Positions 18,830 to 29,600 of a DNA stretch of 32,000 nt are shown here, one piece after another. A program made the translations under genes and the position numbers. The notes under the pieces were generated by a model that was not told where the DNA came from, searched no databases, and was given only the letters and a program-made list of their open reading frames with translations. Every line of letters begins with the position of its first letter. Within the stretch, counting starts at the first letter, position 1. The stretch spans positions 2,220,001-2,252,000 of the forward strand of contig NC_008312.1 in assembly GCF_000014265.1 (NCBI RefSeq). The letters are read 5' to 3'. The stretch is from Trichodesmium erythraeum IMS101 (GTDB lineage: Bacteria; Cyanobacteriota; Cyanobacteriia; Cyanobacteriales; Microcoleaceae).

Positions 18830-19441
18830 ATGAAAAATCAAGATTGGTTTTTGACTGGAGACGGTCAATGTCAACCTTGTAAAACTGTCAATGACTGGAA
18901 GTTATTAAGAGAAAATTATAGGCTATATCGATTTTTAACAGAACTTGAAGATACTTTGAAAGATAGTATAGATGAAGTTAGTTGTTTACCAAAAATTCGA
19001 CTGTTAGTCCGACAATTTATTACTAATTCATACTGGTTGCAAACTCAAGAGCCAGAACCTTGTGAAAAAACAGGGATATCTGTTACTTTGTTGTATGATG
19101 AGTTAGGTTTTCCCCTCACAGTACAAACAGTAAAATTTATGCCAGGAACAATTTCAACAATTCATAATCATGGTACTTGGGGAATAATTGCTGTATTAAA
19201 AGGTAAAGAAAAAAATACTTTTTGGAAACGTAGTCCTGACCAAAAAAATAAATATAAAATTGAACTAGTTGGAGAGCAAGTATTACAACCTGGAGATTTA
19301 ATTAGTCTGAGTTCTGATGCTATTCATAGTGTAGAAGTAGTTGGAGATGAACCTACATTCACTTTTAATCTCTATGGAGAAACAAAATCTTCTGAAAGGT
19401 TTGAATTTGACCCAGTTGCTCAAACTGCGAAAAAGTTCTGA
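18830..19441 (+). CDS. Cupin, cysteine dioxygenase/3-mercaptopropionate dioxygenase-like
   Basis: PGTISTIHNHGTWGIIAVLKGKE..., DAIHSVEVVG and FTFNLYGE follow the CDO-type cupin metal-site pattern (xHxH...H, then YG). Confidence 0.75.
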   Translation: MKNQDWFLTGDGQCQPCKTVNDWKLLRENYRLYRFLTELEDTLKDSIDEVSCLPKIRLLVRQFITNSYWLQTQEPEPCEKTGISVTLLYDELGFPLTVQTVKFMPGTISTIHNHGTWGIIAVLKGKEKNTFWKRSPDQKNKYKIELVGEQVLQPGDLISLSSDAIHSVEVVGDEPTFTFNLYGETKSSERFEFDPVAQTAKKF

Positions 19442-19575
19442 GCAAGAAAGAAAGAAGAATAAAAATTTACTTTGGTTTTAATTCCTAAGACTAATATCAT
19501 GGCAGAGTATTGAATAAATAGAGGTTAAAAGTATTAAAAATATTGTATTATTACATCTTTTCACTTTCTTTTTTT

Positions 19576-19610
19576 AACTTTTAACTTTTAACTTTTAACT
19601 TTTAACTTTT
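19576..19610. repeat. Heptanucleotide STR (AACTTTT) x5
   Basis: Five perfect tandem heptamers directly upstream of selO. Same heptamer as at 5467-5515. Confidence 0.95.
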
Positions 19611-19623
19611 GACCTATAAAATA

Positions 19624-21048
19624 ATGTCTAATCCTTTACTTTCTCTCAACTATGAACCTGCCATTCAAGCTTTAGGCGGTGACTATTATGATGAGGTACT
19701 TTCTGCTGAATTTCCACAACATATTTTGCGATTTCGTAATGATCAATTACTCCCTAAAATAGGACTAAATTCTCAAGATGTTAAGGATGAGCATTTTATT
19801 GAAGCTTTTGGTAAGTTTCATTGTGTTAGGCCTTTTTTAGCTCTACGTTATCACGGTTATCAATTTGGTGAATATAACCCTTACTTGGGAGATGGTAGGG
19901 GTTTTCTTTATGGTCAAGTGCGTGGGGTAGACGATGAATTATATGATTTTGGTACTAAGGGTTCGGGTAGAACCCCTTATTCTCGCAGTGCTGATGGTAG
20001 ACTTACTCTCAAAGGAGGGGTACGCGAGGTTTTAGCTGCTGAAATTTTGCACCGTCATGGGGTTCGTACTTCTCGATGTCTAAGTTTGATTGAAACTGGG
20101 GAAGGGTTATGGCGTGGGGATGAACCTTCTCCTACTCGCTCGTCGGTGATGGTGCGTTTTAGTCGTTCTCATATTCGCTTTGGAACTTTTGAAAGACTTC
20201 ATTTTTATAAGCGCCCAGATTTAACGAAAAAACTATTAAACCATGTAATTAATTGTTATTATTCTAATCTGAAAAAAGAGAATATTTCCCAAAAGGATCC
20301 GTTTCAAGATTGCTATTTTTTATTCTACTTAGAATTAGTAAAAAGAATTGCAAAATTAGTTGCTCAATGGATGGCTGCTGGATTTTGTCATGGTGTATTA
20401 AATACAGATAATATGTCAATTACTGGAGAAAGTTTTGATTATGGTCCATACTCTTTTATTCCCACATATAATCCTAAATTTACAGCAGCTTATTTTGATT
20501 ATTCTGGTCTTTATCGTTATAGTCATCAACCATTAGTTTGTAAGTCAAATTTACAACTACTTCAAGAAGCATTAGCTGCAGTTATTGACCGGAAGAATAT
20601 GAGGTCAGCCTTAGAAAAATTTGATGATTTTTATCTACATGAATATCGACAATTAATGATGAGGAGACTAGGGTTTAAAAAGTTAGCTGAAGCCGATGCA
20701 GATAAGTTACTTCAGCTAACCATAAAAATGCTCACAGACTCTCAGGTTGGATACCACGATTTCTTTTTGGAATTAAGACAAAAATTTTCTCCCGAATGGC
20801 GTGATGATATTAGTCAGATTTTTGCTGATTTTGAACAGCCAGAATTAATTGATCCGTGGCGACAATATTATTATCATCTTTTGCAGACTTATTCTGATAA
20901 TGAATTAGAGGAAATGACGGAAAGGTTACAACAATATAATCCACAACAAAGTTTAATTAGACCTGTCATTGAGTCAGTCTGGGAAGCAATTACACTAGAG
21001 GATAATTGGCAGCCATTTTATGATTTATTACAGCAAATATATGATTGA
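19624..21048 (+). CDS. selO: Protein adenylyltransferase SelO (YdiU/UPF0061)
   Basis: [73 protein letters not shown] place the start at ATG 19624 (MSNPLL...). The TTG at 19609 lies inside the STR. Confidence 0.9.
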   Translation: MSNPLLSLNYEPAIQALGGDYYDEVLSAEFPQHILRFRNDQLLPKIGLNSQDVKDEHFIEAFGKFHCVRPFLALRYHGYQFGEYNPYLGDGRGFLYGQVRGVDDELYDFGTKGSGRTPYSRSADGRLTLKGGVREVLAAEILHRHGVRTSRCLSLIETGEGLWRGDEPSPTRSSVMVRFSRSHIRFGTFERLHFYKRPDLTKKLLNHVINCYYSNLKKENISQKDPFQDCYFLFYLELVKRIAKLVAQWMAAGFCHGVLNTDNMSITGESFDYGPYSFIPTYNPKFTAAYFDYSGLYRYSHQPLVCKSNLQLLQEALAAVIDRKNMRSALEKFDDFYLHEYRQLMMRRLGFKKLAEADADKLLQLTIKMLTDSQVGYHDFFLELRQKFSPEWRDDISQIFADFEQPELIDPWRQYYYHLLQTYSDNELEEMTERLQQYNPQQSLIRPVIESVWEAITLEDNWQPFYDLLQQIYD

Positions 21049-21576
21049 ATAAAGAAGAAGTAAAGAGGAAGAAGGAAGAACTAGTAAATTTTGAAAAAAA
21101 GGGAAAAATAATAGATATCTTATTAATTAGCCATAATAAAAATGCTTTTCTTTTTCTAATTGCTCCCAAGTCCAAATTTCCAATTCTCAATTCCCTAAAG
21201 TTTTTCCACAGTGAATATTCAAAGAGACATAATATAAAATGAATTGGAGGAGCACTTGTTGTAGCATTCTTTTTTCAATGGTTGTATTATAGCATATTGA
21301 AAGTATGTGAAGTCAAAATATTAATTACCAAGTATTTATAGTGCCGGCCTCTTGCTCATTACTGCTGTACCTTACTGAAAATTAAGAGTTTAATACAAAT
21401 TCCTATTTACTAATGCTTTACTGAAATAAAGCTTTAGTTATTAAGTAATTAACATAAAGGGAATAAATGTTTTCTCACGGGGTGACAAGCTAGTTGAAAG
21501 CTATATATAGAAAGGAATTTGTGTTCGGGAACTGAAGAATATTTCAACAAAAAGAAAACGCTTATTGGACTGGGAA

Positions 21577-21615
21577 GGGGTGTAGTGCGAGCGCAGAGCG
21601 CTCGCACTACACCCC
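21577..21615. repeat. 39-nt perfect GC-rich palindrome inside the left TIR
   Basis: GGGGTGTAGTGCGAGCGC-AGA-GCGCTCGCACTACACCCC. Confidence 0.9.
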
Positions 21616-21713
21616 CTACCCATGGTTGATTATTTATTCATTAAAACATTAAAAAAAACTGTTAAAAATATGATAAAAAAGGGTTAATAATTACAAAAAA
21701 AAAAGAAGAAAAA

Positions 21714-22862
21714 GTGAATATATTAGGCTTTTATCAAGACCATATTAAGCAAAAGTTGAGTCCATCTCAAGTAGTAACATTACAAATATTATTATACTTA
21801 ATTTCAGTACATAAAACTGTACAAATATCAAAGCTAACCAATTATTTTCAGCTACCAATTAAATCAGAAAGTAAGCGAAAACTTATGCGAAAGATTTTTA
21901 ACCCTAAAGGAATTAAGTTTACCTATATTTTGGTTCCCTTTAGTCAAAATAATGGTAAAAAATCTCTTCAGCTTTACCTCAGAGTTAGTGTTGATTTTAG
22001 ACCGCACTCAGTGGCAAAATATTAATATTTTAATGATAACTGTAGCTTGGAAAAAGACAGCTTTACCTATATATTGGAAGATTTTATCTCATAAAGGAGC
22101 TAGTAATTTAACCGAACAAAAATCAGTAATTCGCCCTGTATTAAAATTATTGAAAGCACACAAAATAATTCTCACAGCACCCTAGAATTCCACAGTATTT
22201 TCCTGTGCCATTGGTTGAAAGAATATAAAAAAAAAGACGTATATTTTGTCTTAAGACAAAAAAAATCAACTATGATAAAACGAGGGAGAAAATATTGTCA
22301 ACTCTCAGAGTTAAAAGTAAATATCGGTGAATCCCAACTATTATTGAATCAAAAAATTACCAAAATTTTGAAGGTAGGAACATATAATTTACTTGTATAT
22401 AAAAGACAGAAATATCGTCACAATTCTGTTTCAGAGAAATGGTATATTCTCTCCAATTTATCATAGTAATGTGGAAAAGTTAAAAAAATATATAGCCAGA
22501 GAATGGCTATAGAAGCCATGTTTAAGGATTATAAAACTGGTGGTTATAATCTAGAATCAGCAAAAGCCAACGAAACTAGACTTAATAATCTAATTTTATT
22601 AATAGCTATTTCATACACAGTTAGTTCATTTAAAGGACAAGAAATTAAAAACAAAGGAGTTCAAGAATATATATCAAGAACTAATGAAAGAGGTAGAAAA
22701 GAAAGAAGAAACAGTAGTTTTTGCTTAGGGTTATCTAGTATTTATTGGGCAATAAATGATGATTTAATGTGGAAATTAGTAGAAAATTTAATGAGCCTTA
22801 ATCCTCATAAATTACTATATTATCGCAGGGGAATAAAAGCGATGAATAAAGTGGTTAATTAG
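21714..22862 (+). pseudogene. IS4-family DDE transposase, fragmented into at least 4 ORFs
   Basis: The fragments read ...LILDRTQWQNINILMITVAWKKTALPIYWKILSHKGASNLTEQ... (first D region), ...EFHSIFLCHWLKEY..VYFVLRQKK (GDREF region destroyed by a stop and a frameshift near 22185-22200) and ...AIEAMFKDYKTGGYNLE (YREK-type motif). Frames 0/1/0/0 with internal stops. Confidence 0.8.
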
Positions 22863-22955
22863 ACTGTAATTTTTGATTAAAAATTAATTAATAAAGTTAA
22901 GTTTTTTCATGATATTATTCTACTGCACAACTTGAATTATTATTCAACCCAGTTA

Positions 22956-22996
22956 GGGGGTGTAGTGCGAGCGCTCTGCGCTCGCACTACACCCCC
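22956..22996. repeat. 41-nt perfect GC-rich palindrome inside the right TIR
   Basis: GGGGGTGTAGTGCGAGCGC-TCT-GCGCTCGCACTACACCCCC, the inverted counterpart of 21577-21615. Confidence 0.9.
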
Positions 22997-23280
22997 TTCC
23001 CAGTCCAATAAGGATTTTTTTTTATTGAATTATTCCTCAGCTCCTGAAGGTAAATCCCTTTATATATATAGCTTTCAACTGGCTTGTCACCCCGTGAGAA
23101 ATGTTTTACACGATTAAAGCCTTAGAATTATGTTAATTTTATAAATGTTTAAGTGGGGACGTTCTATAGAACATCTCTACTTACTTTCCCTCCAGGGAGT
23201 GGTTAGGAGTGAGTCCCGGACTCAAAATACTAATTAGAAAAATTGTTGAGAAATGGTGTAATTCTGAATTATGCTACACA

Positions 23281-23480
23281 TAGCGATCGCCACATAAGGA
23301 CAGAATAATTATTATAATTCAGTTACCAGGGCAGCTCATAAATTTTCGCAAGAGTTCTGAGTGCTGAGTTCTCATTTCAGCTATAAGTGAGCGATCGCTA
23401 CGTAACCACAGAATAATTATTATAATTCAGCCCAGCTATCAGAGCAGCTCATAAATTTTCGCACATCTAAAAATTTGAGC
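23281..23480. repeat. Two decayed direct copies of the 3' end and downstream region of the giant gene
   Basis: GCGATCGC-ac.taa..ACAGAATAATTATTATAATTCAG...CAGCTCATAAATTTTCGCA occurs twice (cagaataatt at 23301 and 23409). It matches the true gene end cgatcgctacacaagcacagaataattgttctg (cagaataatt at 23666). Confidence 0.75.
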
Positions 23481-23488
23481 CTATTAAC

Positions 23489-23583
23489 TTCTGAGTTCTG
23501 AGTTCTGAGTTCTGAGTTCTGAGTTCTCAGTTCTGAGTTCTGAGTTCTGAGTTCTCAGTTCTCAGTTCTCAGTTCTCAGTTCA
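23489..23583. repeat. Heptanucleotide STR (TTCTGAG/TTCTCAG) x13
   Basis: 13 tandem heptamers with G/C variant order 5G, 1C, 3G, 4C, read directly. Confidence 0.95.
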
Positions 23584-23654
23584 TAAATTTTCCCACCTGT
23601 GAAATTTGAGTCTATTAAATTAGAACTTCTGACTTAAACTATATAGGTCGATCG

Positions 23655-26600
23655 CTACACAAGCACAGAATAATTGTTCTGTTGAATATCAAAATTAACA
23701 TTGTAATATGGGTCTCCCAGATCCATATCAATTTGCCATTTATCTAACAACAACATATAATCAAGCATATCATAATTTTCCTGTCTATGTTTCTCTAATT
23801 TATTATTAATTAAAACACTGCGAGGAGTAAACATAATTCGCTTACCTTTTTTCCGTAACTTCAAACACAAATCAACATCCTGATAATCACAGAAAAAATG
23901 TTCATTAAAACCACCTACCAATTCAAAATTTTCACGACTCACCATCAAACATTTTCTACTTACAGCAGACACCTCTCTTGCACAAACTAAAGAACCTGCA
24001 TAACCATCATCATTAGTAGCAAAACCTCGCATCACATAGTTAACTTTTCCCAACTTTCCTAACACAATACCTGCGTCTTCAACAGTTCCGTCAGGTAAAA
24101 CCAAAAACCCTCCCACAGCACCAATATCAGATTGTTCTGCATAATATAAAAGATGTGTTTGCCAATCTTCAACTGTAGGTTCCAAATTAGTATTCAGAAA
24201 AACAAAATATTCACCCTTAGCAGTTTTTGCAGCTAAATTATAAGCACAAGAATAATTAAATTTACCAGATAAACTTAAAACCTTCACAGCAGGATTTTGG
24301 ATTAAATTATCTGTTCCATTGCCACTAATTAAAATTACTTCATTTTCAGGATAACTAGAAACAGATAATAAATTTTCCAACCATTGATTGAGATTTTCCG
24401 AAATATTAGGAATAGCAATAATCAAACTAATTAAAGGATAATTATTTCTTGGCAAAGGATGAATATTTACCCGATGTCTACCCAAACCAGGTTCCGCCTT
24501 TGCTGCTAAACCAATTCTTTCCAAATGAGTATTAACAGCAGCCTGTTGTAATTTTTCAATATCTGCTTTAGCATCAGCATCTCCCGAAATACTTCCTTTC
24601 ACTTGTCGCCAATGATAAAGATGTTTAGAAATATGAGCAATTTTATTAGTTTGCTCGGAAACTCGTAACATAAACTCATAATCTTGTACCCCATCAAATT
24701 CACTCTTAAAACCTCCAACAGCCACAGCTATTTCTCGACGTAAACATAATAAATGACCGACATACATTACACCACGAAAATATTCGGGGGACCAGTCAGG
24801 TTTAAAGAATGGATGAGTATAATTTAACCCAGAAAAATCAATTTTATCTTCATCAGAATAAACCACATCAAATCCTTCTGCCAGTTTAGACAAACTATTT
24901 TCTAAAGCTGTCGGTGCTAGAGTATCATCATGGTCTAATAAACAAATAAATTCTCCCGTAGCCATTTTTAATGCCTTATTTGTCGCAGCACTAATACCAC
25001 CATTATCTTCTGACAATATAACTTTAATTCTCGACTCTTTTTCTGCTAAACCTGCCAGAACATTTTTAATTTCTAGCTGTTTTGATCCATCATCAACAAT
25101 ACACCATTCCCAGTCAGGAATAGATTGGTTGAGAACACTCAAAACTGTTTCTACAAACCAATCTAAAGAAGAATTCCAAGTAGGGGTAAGGATACTAATA
25201 GAAGGTTGAGAAAAATCTCTTTTTCCTTCTATTGAAATTACTAGATTAATAATTTCCCAGAACTTTTCGACTGTTACTCCTGATAAACCCAATAATTCTT
25301 GTTTTTGTTTTTTAGGGTTTCCCGGCAAATTCACATTTACTTCTGCTAGTTTTTTATCAGTAATTTTGTCTTCCAACCCAGGCAAATTATTAATTTCTGC
25401 CACTGGTTTAGCAGGAGTTTTTTCTGCTAAACTCAACAATTTTTTATCTTGCTTGACAGGAAATAGATTTTGAGTTGGAGTATTTGTATTTCTAGATTTG
25501 AACTTTTCCAAATCTGCTTGAATTTCTTGAATCTCTGTTTGTGATTTTTCCAAATCTGCCGTTATTTCTGTCAGTAACAGAGAAATAGAAGAGGTAGCTG
25601 TAGGAATTATTTCCACACTTTTTTCTGGCTTTTCAATTTTCAATTCTGACTTCTTTTCTTCCTCCTCATTTCCTGTTTTTTCTTCCTTCTGAATATCAAT
25701 TAAAGTAGCTGTAGGAATTATTTCCACAATTTCTTCTGGCTTTTCAATTTTCAATTCTGACTTCTTTTCTTCCTCCTCATTTCCTGTTTTTTCTTCCTTC
25801 TGAATATCAATTAAAGTAGCTGTAGGAATTATTTCCACAATTTCTTCTGGCTTTTCAATTTTCAATTCTAACTTCTGACTTGTAACCTCTGAATTCTTTT
25901 CTTCCTCCTCATTTCCTATTTCTTCTTCCTTCTGAATATCAAATTCTGATTTATGAGTTATGGGTTCTAACTTTCTGATTTCTGACTTCTCAAGGATCAA
26001 CATATCCAGATAACTTTTACAACCTACTCTTCCACACCAAGAACCATAAAATTTTCCCAAGACATCAAAACCAGAATTATTAACCCACTTCAACAATAAA
26101 GACTCCAGAAAACCCATACCTTTTTCTGGTGCATTTAGGTCTTTAGTAAAACCTTCTTGAAGTCGATGAATAAGAGGTTGAGAACTTTTACCTTTAGAAA
26201 TTAACTTTTCTGACTCATGGTTAACTAAGAAACAATTAAATAGCAGACGACCACCTGGTTTTACAACTCGATAAACTTCATCTAAATAATTACGAATTTC
26301 ACTCCCACCCACCTGAGTAAACCTAGAACTAATAAATACAAAATCAAAGCTTTTTGCATAATAAGGAAGTGGTAAATATGAATCTATCTGACGGAAGTTG
26401 CAATGAGGTTTTTGAGTAGTAATATTTTGTTGCGCCCAAGATATTAATTCCTCAGAAAAATCAAATCCTTCATAACGTCCTGGAGATTGCAAATAATAGG
26501 AAAGACCATAAGCTATATTCCCAATTCCACAACCAATCTCTAAAACTTCAGCAGTTGGTTGAAGAGCTACCCTTTGGATAAAATCACCTAAAAATTTAAA

Positions 26601-29600
26601 GCTTCTGGGAATAAAATTTTTTGCTCCCCCATCTATATATTTATCATTAGGAATAGGTAGGGATGGTTGAAATAATTTAAATAGAATATTTCCCTCTTTT
26701 CCTGAGAATATTGGAGTTAGAACAATCAAAGAATTTTGACAATTTTTAAGTTGTGCTTGAGAGAGAGAAATTTCCAGACGAAACCTAGAATTTCCAGCAT
26801 TATTAAGTTGAGGGCGAACTTTTGCTACATCTGGACTAGGTAAACCTAATTCTTGCACAAAAGAAGTAAATTTTTGACCGCCAATAACAACCTTAAAATC
26901 CTCTACAGAACCAAATTTAACCGAACCTACCCAACCAGATACTACTAATTTTTGATTATCAATTCCTACCTTTTCTAAATAACCAAAAGAATCAACCACT
27001 ATTGAGGTAACAAATTTATCAATTGCAGAATATTGCTCAGAATATTGTTGATTTTCAACTTCTGACTTTTGACTTTGACTAAGAGGTTGACCTGCCGTAT
27101 TAATAGCTTCAATTGATTCTATACAATTTGATTGTTTTGAAAGTATAGGATCTTCAGGAAAAGTACCTTGTTTAGGGATATCTAAAGTCTTAGATAAAAC
27201 TCCAACTTGATCATCTTTAAAGATAGGAATTAAATCAATCTGATAATTTTGGAATTGTGAAACTTGTTCTGAATTTAGAGATACTTTGATATGGAATCTA
27301 GCATGATGAGAATTATGAAGATTAGAGTGTATTTTTTTGACATCTGGACTAGGAATACCAGTCTTTAGTTCAAAACTGTTTATTTCTATAGCATCAAAAG
27401 TAACTTTAAAGTTTTCCAAAAAACCATTATTAATATCAGCAACCCAACCTTTAATAGATAATTCATTTTTATTTGTAAATTCTACTTTTTCCAGATATCC
27501 AGTTTCAGAAATAAGTTTAATATCCGGCATTTTCCGATCCGGAGATTGGTTGATAATTTCTGGCTTAGTAGCGATCGCTTCTGGAGACAAATCAAAATTT
27601 TCCTTCAGATTTTTCCGGAGCAATACTATATTTTGATTACCTCTAATTCCCCCCGGAAAATAATCAACTATTTCAAATAAATTAACCCACTTATTTCTGA
27701 CATATTCTTCTGTCTGAAGCGTAATTCCATACCAATCTGGAAAGACATTTTTATATGCTGAAGATGGCATATGTATTAATCCTAATTCTACTAATTTAGG
27801 TGCCATTTCAATAGCTTCCTTAGGACTTCTTAGTTGGCGAGTTGTTATTAGTACAACACCCCCTGGTTTAGTAATTCTTTCCAATTCTTGCAACCATTTC
27901 AACTGCATTTCCTCATTAATATCAGTAAATACTGAGATGAGATAAATAAAATCAAATTGATTATCTTCATAAGGCAAAGGTGGCAATGCTTGGTTAACAT
28001 TAAACTTAGCAAACTTAATATTTTTTTGACACCATGATATAGCTTCAGTATCAGTATCTGTAGCGTATAGAGAAGTAGAATCACTTTCTGAACTATACCA
28101 AATAATTACCCGTCCACAACCACAACCAAAATCCAATACTGATTTAAATTCACTAAAATTTTTACCAATTTTCTGGAGTGCCGTTCTTATATCTATACTT
28201 ATTTGTCTACCTACCTCTAAAAAAGCACTAATTTCAGAGTCTCCATGAACTCGCGTGACTAAATTTTTTAGTGGAAATGATATAGATTTGCCATCAGGTA
28301 AAACTAGATGAGGGGCAACATTCTTATCCTGATTAATAACTTTATAGTTAACAGCTTTATCCCGTCCATCAACAGGAGAAATTACTTTAAGAAGCGGCAA
28401 ACCTTTACGCCCCTGAAAAAAGGGAGTTAAAGCTACAACAGAGCCTATAAACTCTTCAATTTGTGTTTGAGATAAAGTTACTAATAAGTGAAAACGAGCA
28501 ACTTCAGCACTGTCTAAATGGGGAAAAGTTTTTTTAACATCAGGACTTGAGAGACCCAAAAATTGTTCAAAATTTATTAACTTTTGACCTGCCACAGTAA
28601 CTTCAAAACTATCTACAAGACCAGAATTAAATGAAGCTGCCCAACCAGACAAATTTAACTGTTGATTCTTAATTTCTGCAACTTCCAAATTTCCTACCGT
28701 TGCTACAGTTTTATATTTTTGTAGAGGTGAACTTATAAAACTTAATTTTTTCCTAGGAGTTTTTCGTAAATTCAAAGCAGCTTCATAAAGCTCCATATCT
28801 TGACTATTAGCTACTGCTAATTCATCCATTAACTTTTTATCTGACAAGACTTTCTTTTGAAACTCAATATATTCTGGATAGGGATTTCTATTTTGATAAA
28901 TCACCTCATAATCACACCATCCAAAAATACTTTTCAGTTCCAGTAAATCCTCAGCAAAATGTTCTGTAATTCCTATAAAATCAAAATAATCTAAAGACTT
29001 AGCATTTACACAGTAAGCCATCAAATTACTATTACCTTGAGCAAACTTTAATAAACTCTCTTTATTTAAATGATCTTGAGTAGGATTAGACATGTGGCGA
29101 AAACAATAATCAGAAATTAACCTGTGTATCGGTTCTCTTAACCATGTAATTCTGTAAGCATTAGGAAATAATTTGTCATACTTACCTGCCCGAAAATGAC
29201 CCTCAATAACTTTAGTTTGCCAATGAATAGTAGCCGGCATATTATCTTCAAACATATTAGTTTTATCAGTAAGAACTCCTTGAGTTCCATAAACCTGTAA
29301 TAAAACCTGTCTAAAAGCAGTTCCAGCAGCTTTTGGTACATGAACAGAAATCAATTCTACTTGGGGAGTAGTAGTTGGTAAATCATTAGTTTCTGATGTT
29401 TTTAATAAAGAAGATAAAGCAGGAGTAACACCATTTAATAGAGGTTCTCCTTCACGATTTTTTACTAAAGGAATTAAAATAATCAGAGAATCTTTAAATT
29501 CTTGTTGCTGCTGTTTATTCATTGGCAACCTAATAATAAACCGAGCATTATCAGCAGCAGAAATATTAGGATGTGCTTTTTTTACTCCAGGACTAGGAAT

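Larger units (their letters stand above)
21474..23098 (+). mobile_element. Decayed IS4-family insertion sequence with ~165-bp terminal inverted repeats and 9-bp target site duplication
   Basis: The ends CTCACGGGGTGACAAGC... (21474 onward) and ...GCTTGTCACCCCGTGAG (to 23098) are inverted repeats. The similarity continues about 165 bp inward. The flanking direct repeat AAATGTTTT sits at 21465-21473 and 23099-23107. Confidence 0.8.

Noticed and set aside
21577-21615. GC-rich palindromes as independent REP-like elements or stand-alone terminators
   Set aside because: They occur as mirror-image partners at equivalent depth inside the two TIRs of one IS. They are best explained as part of the element; only a genome-wide search could show otherwise.
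22932-23117. 61-aa ORF across the right end of the IS
   Set aside because: It is read through the terminal inverted repeat and its GC-rich palindrome, so it is an artefact of TIR sequence.
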